A DNA stretch of 60,039 nt, filler included, from Asterionella formosa (Eukaryota), in NCBI GenBank assembly GCA_002256025.1. It is 4 parts of 4 records of this genome, joined end to end, with 100 filler letters (N's around TTAATTAATTAA, not from the genome) between each part and the next. Parts side by side here need not be neighbours in the genome. Positions count along the whole stretch, not along the records: positions 15,052 to 29,995 come from NKIB01005668.1; positions 30,096 to 45,023 come from NKIB01005675.1; 2 more parts are not named here. One strand, given 5' to 3'. Position 1 is the stretch's first letter, and each line of letters begins with the position of its first letter. Made by a program: the position numbers and the translations under genes. Of this stretch, positions 23,568 to 36,424 are shown in pieces. Under the pieces are notes generated by a model that was not told the DNA's origin, made no database searches, and worked only from the letters and a program-made list of their open reading frames with translations.

Positions 23568-26500
23568 CCTGGGAGTTGTGCTTGTTGCCCTTTCGGATGC
23601 GACTATAGGAGATAATGTTAAACTGCCACCACCGCCGCCACCACCAGTACGTCTTGGTGGTAAAACTGAGCCACAACAACCACTATTATCAACCACGATA
23701 CAGCCACCGGAACCAATCGCAATCATTGGAACAAAAAAGGATGAAACAAAATTGCCAACGTCACTTTTAATCAACAATGCCATATCGTCAACTGGAAATG
23801 AGTATGCTACCATCAACAATTATAAGAATCTAACCAAGAATACACAAGTTACAAGGATGGATTCAAAAGAACAACAACAACAACCTCCTCCACCACCAAG
23901 AACAATTCCCATGCAGCATAACAACTTGTTGCATCATTCACAACAGCCACCGCCACCACCACAACAACAACAACAACAACAACTGCATCCTCCTGATTCA
24001 AAAGTGAGAAGACAGCAACCACCACCACCACCAACTTCTACTCATAGTATTCGACCCATTGGGTCAGTAGTGGGACAACAACAATACAATACCATTATGC
24101 GACAACCATTCCCTCGCACACCATCACAACCACCACAACAACAAGAACAAAAACAGCCAAACTCTCCACTTTGGAAATCACTATGGCAACGAGTAGAACG
24201 AAGTTTAGATGTATTGGCTGACATGGAAGATGTGGTAGCAGATCGAGCTACTCAATGGCTAGCCAAGCCAGCATCTTCATTGATACCTCATCGTCATAAT
24301 TCAAAACCAACATTGCCATCCAGGCCAATTGTAGGGACTCCCAAATCTACAATTTCTTCGCCTACAACAACAATTCGCACATCGCCTCCTACTACTACTT
24401 CTAGTGCATCGACACCACGCACATTGAACAAATTCGAAATTGCCAAACAACAAGTAAAGGCATTGAAAGAAAATGCGGCCTCAGAGCAGTCATTATTTCC
24501 AAAATCACGAAGTGTCAACTGGGATCAACTCAACAAGGTAGGACGGAGGAGGAGTACAATGATTCATACTAATGGTGGAGCATCACAGCCATCATCAAGT
24601 ACGTATCCAATCGAACCTGACATGACACGTCGCAGGGAAAACATGTTTACAACAGCAGCAGCTGCTGCTGCCACTCATCGCAATACTAATCATGTAACAT
24701 CTGCTATTACAACCACTGCTGTGCGTCCTTCCATATCTTTGGACGACAATGACGAAACGTTATGGTCAAAACTAATCGGAAGATTACCGACTTTACCAAC
24801 AATGCCACTTTCCAAATTCTTTGGGAAAGGAAGCAGTTCCTTTCAAAGGCTTTCAAGAGAAACTATGGAAGCATGGAAGGAAGAAGATAATGTTGCACAC
24901 AGAGTCAACAAACGCGTAAGGCAGTCGACAATATCGGATAACAGTGGTGTACCCTCATCGTTTACTCCTCCTATTGATGACATGCTTGCTAGATCGGCGA
25001 ATGGAAAATCAACGTCTCTGCTTTTAAGTCGAAATACGGCACAGTGTCATACCATTGGCCGTTCCAAAGCTATCTTTGACATTGCATGCTTGGGTTTCAT
25101 ACTGCTTGGTACACATGCGCTAGTACCGGCGCTGCAATCATTTTCACTTTCGTGGTCATCGACAACCTTCTTTTCTGAACTCGCAACGGCATTACTAGTA
25201 TCCAGTGATACATGGGCATATTACGCATTTGTAGCCGCAATTCTGACGGCATTTACAAATTACGTCGTATTTGATGGAACAGCTCGTGCTCTATCGACAC
25301 AAGTGGGACAACTGGTTCGAAGTGATACTCAATATTGTCAACTGTACATGCGACTTGTCACGTCCACTCCAGTAGAGAAATCAACACAAGAACGTTTGAA
25401 AGCTGCTGCCAGATCTCAAGTATTGGCCGCTATACAATTGGCACGGCTCAAGTCATTTGTTGACTTTTTGATGGCCACGCTTGTCATTATGACTGTATCG
25501 ATTCTTCGGCCGATGACTTTTGCTCTTTTGGGTGGAATTGCAGAAATTGTAGCCCTTGAGGATTGGCACAGCCATTGGCCATTACCATGGTCGTCACTTT
25601 TTGAGCATGTCAAAGGAATTGTACTCCCTTTGGGCAAAACACTGACGGCACTTGTTGTTGGTGAAATTCAACACGTTATAGATCATCCAATGAAAGCTGC
25701 ATTCCAAATAGCTACATTTGCGGCCCTTCTACTAGTGACAATACTACCGTCGATGGAGCAACAAAGGAAAGTAGCTCGAAGCATTGATGATGATGAGGTA
25801 GATGAAGATTCCGCCCCATCACTTTTCGGCTCAGTCAAAACTATTTCTAATCTTGGTGTCTCAAGTGCGTCGCGTCTTGGCTTGCTTTCCAAGAGTGGTG
25901 CATTGGAAGGTACTCTGGAACGATGGAGGGCATCCATTGCTCAACCAATTCCGAGTGCCAGCTATTCCTCCTTTTCCGCCTTTTTCCGTCTCTTTTCGTA
26001 CACGATTATTTCAGGAGCGATCCTTATCGCACCAATTATAGTTTCCTTACTTGCTGGTGTGCCTGGACCATCGAAAGTGTTACGGCCGACTTCTATCCTA
26101 CAATGGGATTCAGCCTTGGATGTATCCATTGTGTTACTCTTCACGTTTGGCCTTACGTGGCGTGCCATTCGTGCGGCTGTAGAAACATCTACGCTCAAGC
26201 CTCATGTCGCAAAGTTTGTGCAAAATCTAGCCGAGGCGGTTGACGAAGTTACAAGTTCGAATCGATCGGGGATGACAAAATTGGGCACCTCCATGTCACC
26301 TGTCAAGGGACTATGTGTCACTGATTTGTGGACAGCCCATACCACAAAACGAGCATGGTCGGTCCGAGGAGCCAATCTGGAATGCCCCGCAGGTCAAGTT
26401 CTTGTAATTCTTGGTGAAGATGGGTCCGGCAAGACTCGGTTGCTTACCGCAATTGCAGAAGCTCTAGTGTTCCCAGCCAAAAAGTCACTATCAAATACAA

Positions 26501-27210
26501 AGGTACGCGGTATCGTTTCCATTGGTGGATTGGATGCTATGAAATGGGATCGCTCCGAATTGAAGAAAAGATTGGGCCTCTTCTTGAATGACGTTCGCAC
26601 TATATCAGACAATGCCGAATTTATGTCCGGCTTTACTCTGGAAGAAATCCTAGAACCAATGGATGGACTTCTCAGCTCCCATAGTCCAGGAACAAGAGAG
26701 CGTAGCGCAATGAATATTGCTCTGGAAATCACCGGATTATCGACATCTCTACTACCTCGATTGCCGTCAAAGTTGTCTACGGTGGTTAGCGCAAATGAAG
26801 ACGAGCTAGCTCCGTCACCGACACGGCCTAGATGCAACTCATTATCCCCTTCAGAATGGTCCAAGCTATTGCTAACTCGTGTCTTGGCACAGACCATTTA
26901 CGACAATGATTATTCTTCCAGAACTGGGTCTTCTGAGAATTCCTTGGTTGGGTCACTTTTGGTTCTTGATGATGTAACGGCATACATGTCAGAACTAGAA
27001 GAAACTCGAACGTTGGCGGCTCTTCGTCGGACAGGAGCTGCCACGGTACTGACGTCGCACAAGTGGGCTACTGGTCGTTTTGCAGATCGAATTGTGGTAA
27101 TTAAGGATGGTGCTGTTGTGGAGAGAGGATCACACATTGAATTGCTCAATCGAGGTCCTCAACAAAGTCTGTATGCACAAAAGTGGTATGCCATGACAAG
27201 CTCGTACTAA
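23568..27210 (+). CDS. ABC-transporter-like protein: long Pro/Gln-rich N-terminal region, TM helices, one degenerate C-terminal NBD; start codon hidden in gap 23107-23567
   Basis: Walker A GEDGSGKT; signature region LSPSE; Walker B LLVLDD; H-loop TSH; ABCB-like tail ADRIVVIKDGAVVERGSHIELL...LYAQKW. Confidence 0.8.
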
Positions 27211-27432
27211 AAACCCAAAACTAGGTCATTTGATTAAAACGCGAATTTTTGAATACACATACATTGGCCTTGCCCTTGATGACTGAATTCGCTTGTTTGA
27301 TTCTCGAAGTCGTTCATAGCAATCGCGACACTTGACTTCGAGACACTGTTTCAATCAAGCGGAATATATGTAGTTTCAAATACAAACGTTTTATTTGGGA
27401 TATGTATAGTTCGTGCATTAGGAGGTTCTTGT

Positions 27433-29764
27433 TCACGCATAAATAGCTTCAATAACATCACTATACTTCTTCGCCGCGACATCCCGCTTGAGCTTCAAGG
27501 TGGGGGTCAATTCCCCTCCATCGACACTGAAATCAGTCGACAAAAGCACCCATTTGCCCACTGTTTGGGCTCGAGATGCGGCCTTTGAATTAGCCTCCTT
27601 GACTCCATTATCAAAATAATCCTTCCATTTGGAACATTCCCTTGCTTCGTCCGTGGTTGTCGCAGTCGATCCAATGGCAATGGATGTTTCGATGGCCACG
27701 TCTGACAATTTGTGGGTCGGAACACCGTGCTCGTCCAAATGGACTTTTAAACAAAGAATCACGCTCAAAAACTTGCGTTTGTCGCCAATCACCATACAAT
27801 TGCTAATGGCATGCATGGCAAACTTCAATTGATCTTCAATGAGCACAGGAGGAACATTCTCTCCGCCAGCTGTGATAATGATTTCCTTGATACGTCCAGT
27901 GATGGAGAGAAATCCGGATGGTTTGGGAATCCTAGGATCGTGGTCGTCGTCAATCTAACACAAGAAAAATGGTAAGTATTATATAAGTGACAAGGAATAA
28001 GGGTAGGGATTCCCCACGAAAAGTATCCCACATACCTTGACAACATCTCCACTGTGCAGCCACCCTTCAGAATCAATAGCTTCAGCAGTCTTGTCCGGCA
28101 TCTTCATGTAACCAGCAAAAATGTGACGGCCCCGATCTGTGTTTAAATGTCAAGGAATAATTACATGAGAAATTCAATAACAAAAAATTGACACAAATTG
28201 AGTTCATGTGCACCCGATATGGTACGTACAACAAAGCTCTCCAGTTTCAGGATCTAATTTGGTTTCTGTTCCCTGCAAGGGTCGTCCAACCGTCCCAAAC
28301 TTAAAGGCCCGTAATGTGTTGACAGAATGTGGTCCAGAGCATTCGGATTGTCCAAATAGTTCCATTATGGGCAAATCCAAAGATGCAAAGTACTTGAGAA
28401 TTTTGACTTCAATGGGAGCAGCAGAAACGAAAATTCCCTTGCAACGGTCCAATCCCAAGGCAACATGAACCTTGTGCACTAGTTTTCGTGCAATGAATGT
28501 ATTCATGGCTGTGATGGGATAAAAGAAATCAAAGGATGCGCTGTCTGCTGCACCGTACTCGTTGGATTCCCAGTAATGAATGATTTGGTCCTTGGCCCAT
28601 GTAGACATGGACTTTTGAACACCAGTCATGGACTTGACGACATGCATCATTTTTTCGTAAATCTTTTCAAAGACACGTGGGACGGCAAAGAAGAAAGTGG
28701 GTCTCACTTCCTTGAGTGTCATTCCCAACGAACCCTTGAGAGCATCTGGCATGGCAAAGTAGGTCGTACTTCCTGTGACGAGTGGCATATGAATGTCGAT
28801 GAGTTGTGCCGCCACATGACTAAGCGGCAAAAACGAGATCATCGAGTCAGTTTCGTCAACGCCGTTGGGAGTACAGGTCAATGTGACACGAACGACCCAA
28901 GTAATGTTATCGTGTGTGATCATGACGGCTTTTGGAGGTCCTGTTGTGCCAGAGGTGTAAATCAAAGTACATGTTTGATTGGGGGCGAGGGCGTCCTTGC
29001 GAGCTGTCAAATGTTCATCAGATACGTCTGTACCGAGGGTGAGGAAGGTATCAAAAGTGTACACTGGCACCGAAGGGCAGGTGGTTTGAATATCAGGTGG
29101 TAAATCTTCCGATCCCCACATGACAATTGCCTTCAAGGCAGGCAGGTCTTTCGCAATTCCAATGTATTTCTTCAACTGATGGATGCCATCCACAACAATA
29201 ACTTTGGCAGCTGAATGGCTTGAAATGTACTTGCAAGCATCAGGCAAGTTGGTTGTGTAAATTCCAGCGGCCACACCACCTGCAGCAATGGCTCCTAGAT
29301 CCGAGACGAACCATTCTCTTGAATTGAATCCAATAATGTTGATAATGTCAAAGGGTTCAAAGCCTAGGGACATCAATGATTTAGCAAAAGCGTCGACCTT
29401 GCCTCTGTATTCCTTCCAGGTCCACATTGTGTATGGTTGCTCGGATGTTTTGAGATCCTGCAGTGTGTATCAAAGAGTGCTGGGTTAGCAACTATTGGTG
29501 GACCAGTCGAGCCAATATGCTCCCTCCTACAACTGACATGACACAGTGATAGAATGTATGTAACCATACGATCGTATCATTCCTGTCAATACATACCTTG
29601 ACGGGAACCTTTTCATAGAGGGCAGGTTTGTCTCCGTGTTTGGCCACAACTTCGTCAAAGTATTGCATCACCGTTTTTGGTTCCAGAGCACTGAATCCAT
29701 CGCTTCCCATACGAATCTTGACGGCTTGATGAATGTCCGACGTGTAGAGCGGAAGGTCTGCCAT
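27433..29764 (-). CDS. ACSBG: Long-chain acyl-CoA synthetase, bubblegum (ACSBG) type; 4 exons, introns 29458-29596, 28137-28229, 27955-28035
   Basis: [80 protein letters not shown] and [17 protein letters not shown]. All introns are GT...AG and restore the frame. Confidence 0.93.
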
Positions 29765-29995
29765 GTTGTTACTGTATTGAGTCGTCCGGGCAAGGAGTTC
29801 TTGATATGTAATAATAGATGATGGGAGAGAAATTGGCAGAGTTGAAATTATAAATGATTGCTGTTGATGATTACGTACCAGCAGTTGTGATTGTTCGACG
29901 AACACAATCGACTGTGTACATACGACGGTAAAGGAATTCGTATGTATGCTGATGTGAGACTTTGTTATGTGTTACTCCCACCAAGATCAGCCATT

Positions 29996-30095
29996 NNNNN
30001 NNNNNNNNNNNNNNNNNNNNNNNNNNNNNNNNNNNNNNNTTAATTAATTAANNNNNNNNNNNNNNNNNNNNNNNNNNNNNNNNNNNNNNNNNNNN
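29996..30095. other. Artificial scaffold-joining spacer
   Basis: N44-TTAATTAATTAA-N44. Confidence 0.97.
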
Positions 30096-31961
30096 AAGTA
30101 ATTTCTTAAGTAATTTTTATTTAAGGGCAATATGGGGCACATCGAATTTTTCGGCAATAAAATTGCCGATTTTAGCATGACAACCAGAATATCGGTAATA
30201 TGCATAGAGATGGTACAACAAGCGTAAAACACACGAGAATGATTGTAACATGCAACATCAATGAAAATTGAACATAATGTTTGGAGCAACCAAAGTATGA
30301 AATGCGATGTAATAAGTAGCATCAAATGAGAAATAGAAAAAAATTTGGGTAAGAAATGAAATAAAAAATAAGAGTTCCAATGGAGATGTATGCATTGTGA
30401 ATCATTGTAGTACTTACACAGGCAGCATTGACTTTCCATCGCCATACAATCGAAGACTGAAAGAAGAAGAAAAGCTCAACCCAATGTAGACCTGCATCGT
30501 TATTTAGCGTCAATGGTCTGGTTGCTGCAACCATGCGCATCGCTGTAGTAGCCTGACACCAGTAGCAGTATTTCCGCCACAGTCATTCCTCTCCGCCCAC
30601 CAAACAGAAAACCCCGATCATTCCATTCTGAGCAAGCATGATCGCCATGCTGCTCCAGCATTATTGACTCTCTCTAGCTGAGTATTCATGTAGCTTCTGA
30701 TATGAACTCGCAGTAGAAATGCAGCAAAGCGCGTTAGTACAAGAAAAGCATTGCTTGGCGGCAATATTGACATCATTGTCAATGACTGTACAAATCAACA
30801 AATGCGATCAACAACGGCACAATACCTCATCTTCAATGAGTATTCATTGATAAATGCATTGGTTCTTATGTAGATACATACAATCGAAAAAAAACGACAG
30901 TATGTAACGAGAAACGACGATGGAAGCGATCAAAACAAACCATGGAAGCAATCAAATCGGAAAGTCGACAAATACGATCTACAATCCACATTCAGTGTTT
31001 CACTGTTGTACTTACCAATCCACTTCAACTAGCATAACAAGCAGCAGACTATGAGATCAAAGAAAGACGAATGTTGCCTATTGCAAGCCCGAATAGAGCA
31101 AAGGCAGGCAAGATAGAGTGAGAACTATATTTGTGAGGACGAAATAGGGCATACGGTACGTGAAATCAATGAATATGTGAACGATATAATTCAACATTTC
31201 AGGTCTCGTAAAAATTATATCGAGTCTACAGAGATAATATTATTACGTGTTCAAAGTAAGCGTTAAAGCATAGCTTAAACCATACATGGTTGTTTTTAGT
31301 ACCACGTACGTATGTAGACTAGATGACTGCCGGTAACCGGTAGAATATCCGTTAAGCATCATTACATACATGACCGGAGCAAAAACTTGCTACCAACATC
31401 AGATGTATCGATATCATCGTTCGTCCGACGAAATATGGACGATGCGACTACATGAATGCCTCGAGAAGACAAACAATCCAACAATCAACCGCATCCTTCA
31501 GGCAAAGAATCGCTACTGGCGTCATCGCAGAACTGATTTCGCTTCAAACCGGTCATGATGGACAACGATTGGCATGGTGAAAGGTGAGTTACCGGAGTCC
31601 ACTTTTCAGGAGACGAACAAAAACGAGGTGAATTATAGATATAAATTATTAGAATCTGAATAGTATATAAAATGGTTTCCTTAAGTAGACCCCTTGCCGA
31701 TTTCGGCAATCCCAGGGCTGGAAAACCGAGGGGCAATTGGTGTCTGTTGTCTTGCCAAAATACGAACGTATGAAATATACAAAATATATATTAATGATGG
31801 GCAATATCGGACCTTTGGCAATTTTCGAGGTGAAGATAGGAAATATCCAAAATATATTTTGTATGATGGGCAATAGTAGGCTAAAATTGACAGTTATGCT
31901 AAATTTGTGGGCAGTAGGTAAGCGAATGACGCGACGATAGCTAGAGCGGGAATTGCCTCAA

Positions 31962-32103
31962 CAATACCCTTCTGGGCGGCTACTTGCCTTCTCGTACACA
32001 TGTGTACTCGACTGGGTTGGCACTCGTAGGGTGACCTTCTCGCGCCACCCAGACTCGAACACATGTATACTCGCAGGCAAGAGACCACCTCGGGCGTGTA
32101 TTG
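31962..32103. repeat. Long fold-back with periodic CTCG/CTCG internal loops
   Basis: CTCG at 31991, 32007, 32023, 32039, 32054, 32070 and 32089. The spacers between them are mutually complementary in nested order. Confidence 0.8.
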
Positions 32104-32919
32104 CCTTCAGTACTCTTTAGCAGAGAAACATTACAACGTGCCCCAGGTAAGCAAAGTCATTCAATAGTAGTGAACAGGCACAGTGTGGTGGAAATATGTA
32201 TGACCACTACATATGTATGTTGAACAACCCAGGATTTATACCGGGCAGCCAACAGCTACCTGCTGGCTGGTGACAGCTAGCAGTAAAACCAACAGGGTAT
32301 GAAATAAATTACATAGCACATATTACTAGTAGAATAAAGCACCTAGTAAACCTTTTTCTGTGTCCGGCAATGATTGGGTTTGTCGTGATTTGCAATGCAG
32401 TTGTTTATATCTGTCATGTCATATCTGATGAAACCCAAATCAGCAGAATTTATTAGCAAAATCTGCAAAATCGGCGCCATTTATTTAGTTTTTCGGGTTC
32501 CTTTATTCATCAGATTTGAAGCGATAACTCGCAGTATCTCTATATATGAGCGCTTGTTTTGTGACACACTCCACTGTCACGACCATCTTTTCGGAGTCGT
32601 GGATACAAATTTCAAGGCAATTCGGAGGCAATTTAACTTTAATTAAATGTTTTCTAAGCTAAGAAAATCACCATCCTGACCCCCGGTAAAGTAGGGGTGT
32701 TTCCAATACGCCTACACTACGTACACGGGTAGTACTACTAGTATGCATAATACCAATGGTAGCGTAAGGCATTACCAGGAGTACCTACTACACACTGATT
32801 GCTCTGTTCACCACAGTTTCCTTTACACTGCTGTTTCACCAGATTTTAATATGACAAAAAGTCTTATGAAAAAGTATTTTTACCTCATAATGACTTATAA
32901 TTGTTTTTTGAATTTATTC

Positions 32920-34573
32920 ATGCAGCCTTTCGCAGAACATTTGCAAGACACACTAACCATGCTTTTCCTTAAAGCATCCACAACCATTTGTGCATTCTTT
33001 CAGACACCTACACCTTCGTTTTGACTTGCTATCTTGAGGATAACACAAAGCATGAGCTTGCTGCATACTCATTTTTCTACAATTTTCACAAGCAAAAGTT
33101 CCATCAAGTATGGCTTGTCTCTTTTCATTCAAATATGGTGAAATGGCTGCCTCATTTGAATGGACAATGTATATCGTCTCATTTCTCCCTTTTCCAGAAC
33201 ACATAATGCCATGATCAGTTACTACTTGTATTCCTTGTCCAAGTTCATTTGTAGATAGGGCGAAGACAATGATTGGAATTCCATGTGGATTGCTTACATC
33301 TCTGCAGTCCATTTTAAGTGTAACTATAGACCCAAAAGTTGCTTTTTGCCTTGACTTCATATGTCTGCCTTTCATGTATTTGCTTTGATCCTTCTGTCGT
33401 TGTGCTCTAACATATTGTGCATGTTTTTGTCTTGCATTTTTCTTTGATTTCAACGGATTATTAGAGCTGTTGAAACAAGTGATTACCTAGACTTTTGTTG
33501 TGTTGCAGATTTTCATCTTTACTGTGGCAGTAGACGTGGAAAGACTGCTCTTTTCTCTCGGGTTTTTCATCATCGCTACTGGTTTCATCATAATCATTTG
33601 TTGATTGAGTTTGAACACTGCTGCTGCTAACATCAGGTCCTTCCAAAATTTCAGCAAAACGTTGTGAAAAGTCACAGCCACTGAAAGTGGTGTCACAGAC
33701 ATTGCCAACCTATGGCAATGTAAACTCCATGGAGATCTCCTTCTTTCACACTGTCTCTCTTGAAAACATAGAGGCTTTTTATTAGATTGCCTTCCACATC
33801 TTTCTTTGATCTCACTGTATACTTTTTTACAAGTGAATAACCAATTGGATGCTATTGCGGTATCTCTGGAATATCCCGGTTTTCAATACTAGACACAACT
33901 TCATTGTATTTCTCATCAGTCATGTCACATGATCTATTTTTCCTGTTCCTATTGTGTTATACGCAATTTCATTGTATTTCTCATCAGTTATGTCACATGA
34001 CCCTGCTTTTCCTGTTCCTGGTGTGTTCTTTTCCTTTGTTCCTGCTGTAATTCTTGCAGTCTTTTTCTTTGTTCTTGATTTATCATTTTCGATTCTCTTT
34101 CCAGCCCATGTTGAAGTCGTTGTTCCGGCTTCCGCTCTTGGAGTTTTTCCTGCTACCATTGACTTTTCATTCCTTGTTGCAGCCATTGTTCCGGTTTACG
34201 CATTGACTGGAGTTGTACCTGTGCCCGCCTTTTCATTCCTTGTTGCTGTTGCTGTTCTGCTTTCCGCATTGACTGGAGTTGTACCTGTGTACGCCTTTTC
34301 ATTCCTTGTTGCTCCAATTGTTCCGGTTTCCACATGATCAACTGGGGTTGTACCTGTGCACGCCTTTTCATTCTTTGTTGCTGTCTTTGCTCCGGTTTCC
34401 GCATTGACTGGAGTTGAGCCTGATCCCGCGTTTTCATTGAAAAAACCAAAAGCTACAGCGTTGAAATGCGTGCGATAGGATTCTCTCATTCTTTGTGCAT
34501 CACCAATACTGACAGTGGCATTGCCATGATCATTGGACGAAGATGTAGAAACGTATGAGAATTCGCTCACCAC
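32920..34573 (-). pseudogene. Decayed ORF, probably transposon-associated, with 22-aa repeats and a Cys-rich C-terminus
   Basis: ORFs 34196-34573 and 33920-34186 are in one frame, separated by a single TAA (GAA in the sister repeats). The downstream piece has FGSIVTLKMDCRD...HGI...VVTDHGI...CRCLKECTNGCGCFK/..CKCSAKGCMN, reminiscent of C-termini of integrase-like DNA-transposon proteins. Confidence 0.45.
34164..34437 (-). repeat. Coding tandem repeat, 66-bp unit x4 (one unit 69 bp)
   Basis: TTTTCATT anchors at 34164, 34230, 34296, 34365 and 34431. Unit encodes ~NEKAGTGTTPVNAETGT.AATR. Confidence 0.9.
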
Positions 34574-34962
34574 ATACTCTTCATCACTACTGTCTTCATT
34601 GCGATTCTTCTTCTAAGAATTCATCTCAAATCAGAGGAGCTTTTCCGGAATATATGTACAAGATGAAGGGCTGTGAGCAATCAATAGATTTAGTTGTGCA
34701 TTGACTTCTATTGAAGATTCACTGCAAGTAAGTAAGTACACGTGGCTACAGGTAAGCATTTGACAGGAAGGTCCGGTAATCAGCGCACATAGCATGCAGG
34801 TTGCTCGTTTTCTGTTGATCGATTCACGTAGTACGAGAAAAAGGAAGGGGTATACCCCAAAACTTGTCGAACCCCTAAATTTTGCGCCACTCCGATGTTC
34901 TTTAAATAGTTGTTTACATAGACATTAAGCCGTTACTCGTTTTATTGTCAAAATGAACTTGA

Positions 34963-35462
34963 AGTCAGCAGACAGGAGTCAGCGAGTTTTAATCAAAATT
35001 TCAGCGAATCAAGTCAGCAGTCAGCAGTTAGCAAGTTGAAGTCAGCATTTTAAAGATAGACTAGTAGCGGTACATGGTGGTAGCAATATCACGAAGTAGA
35101 TAGCAATGAATTTATTTAGGCATCAATGTCGATTTCACAGTTAATTGTCATGTACGGAGTACCAGGTACCAGGTACTTCTATGTTACTCCCGATAGTATA
35201 CAGTATGAACGTAGAAGGCATCACATTTAGTATCCCATCAAGATGATGCATTTCCTTCGTTATTCTAAAATGAAAAGTAGACACAATTCGTACACCCGTA
35301 ACGGTAGTCGGTCTCTTCCTATGTACAAAGTAGCTTCTTTGACGTCAGCATATTGAAGCTAGCAGTCAGCAGTCAGCGAATATTTCAAATTTTCAGCAAA
35401 ACAAGTCAGCAGTTCTTAGCAACAAGAAGTCCGCAGTCAGCAAGTTGAGGTTGGTAGTCAGC
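34963..35462 (+). repeat. Two clusters of AGTCAGC motifs (subterminal-repeat-like)
   Basis: Multiple AGTCAGC at 34963-35047 and 35343-35462, sharing the context AGTCAGCGA...CAAA.TTTCAGC.AA.CAAGTCAGCAGT. Confidence 0.7.
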
Positions 35463-35852
35463 GATTCTGCGGTGAAAGGTGGCAGCGCTTTTCAGTTTGA
35501 AAGTTTATAACGCTTACAGGTAATCTAAATAAATTGAAATAATTTGAGATTTTCATCATTTTGGAATTGGTGAGCCGGACAGACTTCCAATGAAGTAGGT
35601 TGAAACCGCTACGTGGAATTTTTAGTATAATAGTGCGCGCAATTTGCTGATTGATTGCTATCACTCGCTACTCAGCATACTACGTTAAAAAACGGATTGA
35701 TTATTCAAATATTTTGACATGTTGATGATAATTTTACGTCCTGCTCCTACCTAAATAAATCTAAGTTTTGATAGACAAAAGAGGTTTTGGGTGAAAAAAA
35801 TTACCCAAAATTTAGATAGGAGGAATCATGAGGCCTGCGTCAGAAATATATT

Positions 35853-36360
35853 TGATGAGGATAAACGACTACTGTTAGCAGACAGTAGTATATCTAGCTA
35901 GTACTGTAATGACTGCACAATCTGCACAACCGACAGTCGTGGTGAGGAATTCCATGGAACAAGAAGGTCAGATCAGGAAAATATATGCTGGATTCGTAAA
36001 TGGAATAGCAATTCCTACAGAGCAAGTCCAACATGCAAGATTAAATGATAAGACTGAGAGGAGTGGAATCGCAAATCGTATGAAATAGACCAATGAGAAA
36101 GAGTGGATTGAGGTGAAGAACAAATCCAAGAAAGTAAGATTCGTGAAACAAGATCAATTTGGTAAGACCAAGTAATTCGGCAGGATTGATAGAATTTGGT
36201 AAGATTGATAGAAAAAGTAATCTGATGTAATCACAACATTGAAAGAGGTTAATCTAAAAGTAGACTAAAGTGTTGTCAAAAACTAGCTAGTAGTGGAGAA
36301 CTAGTAGTACTGGACACTAGACGTGTAAGTACTATCAAGGAGATCTGGAACATCTCAACA
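35853..36360 (+). repeat. 5' LTR (508 bp)
   Basis: TGATGAGGATAAAC...CATCTCAACA; differs from the 3' LTR by 6 substitutions and one 4-bp indel by my count. Confidence 0.95.
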
Positions 36361-36424
36361 AGTTTTAATAAAAAATTGCTTTTGGAAGTTAAGGTCGCAA
36401 AGACAAGAAGTAATTGTGCAAAGG

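Noticed and set aside
22911..23819. Long ORFs consisting mostly of X (also at 57881-58830)
   Set aside because: Artefacts of translating through N gaps.
19718..29764. Functional gene cluster (sugar transporter, PrmA, ABC protein, acyl-CoA synthetase)
   Set aside because: Unrelated housekeeping functions and compartments; this is ordinary compact gene spacing.
34164..34437. CRISPR-like array
   Set aside because: 66-bp coding minisatellite with no repeat-spacer structure.
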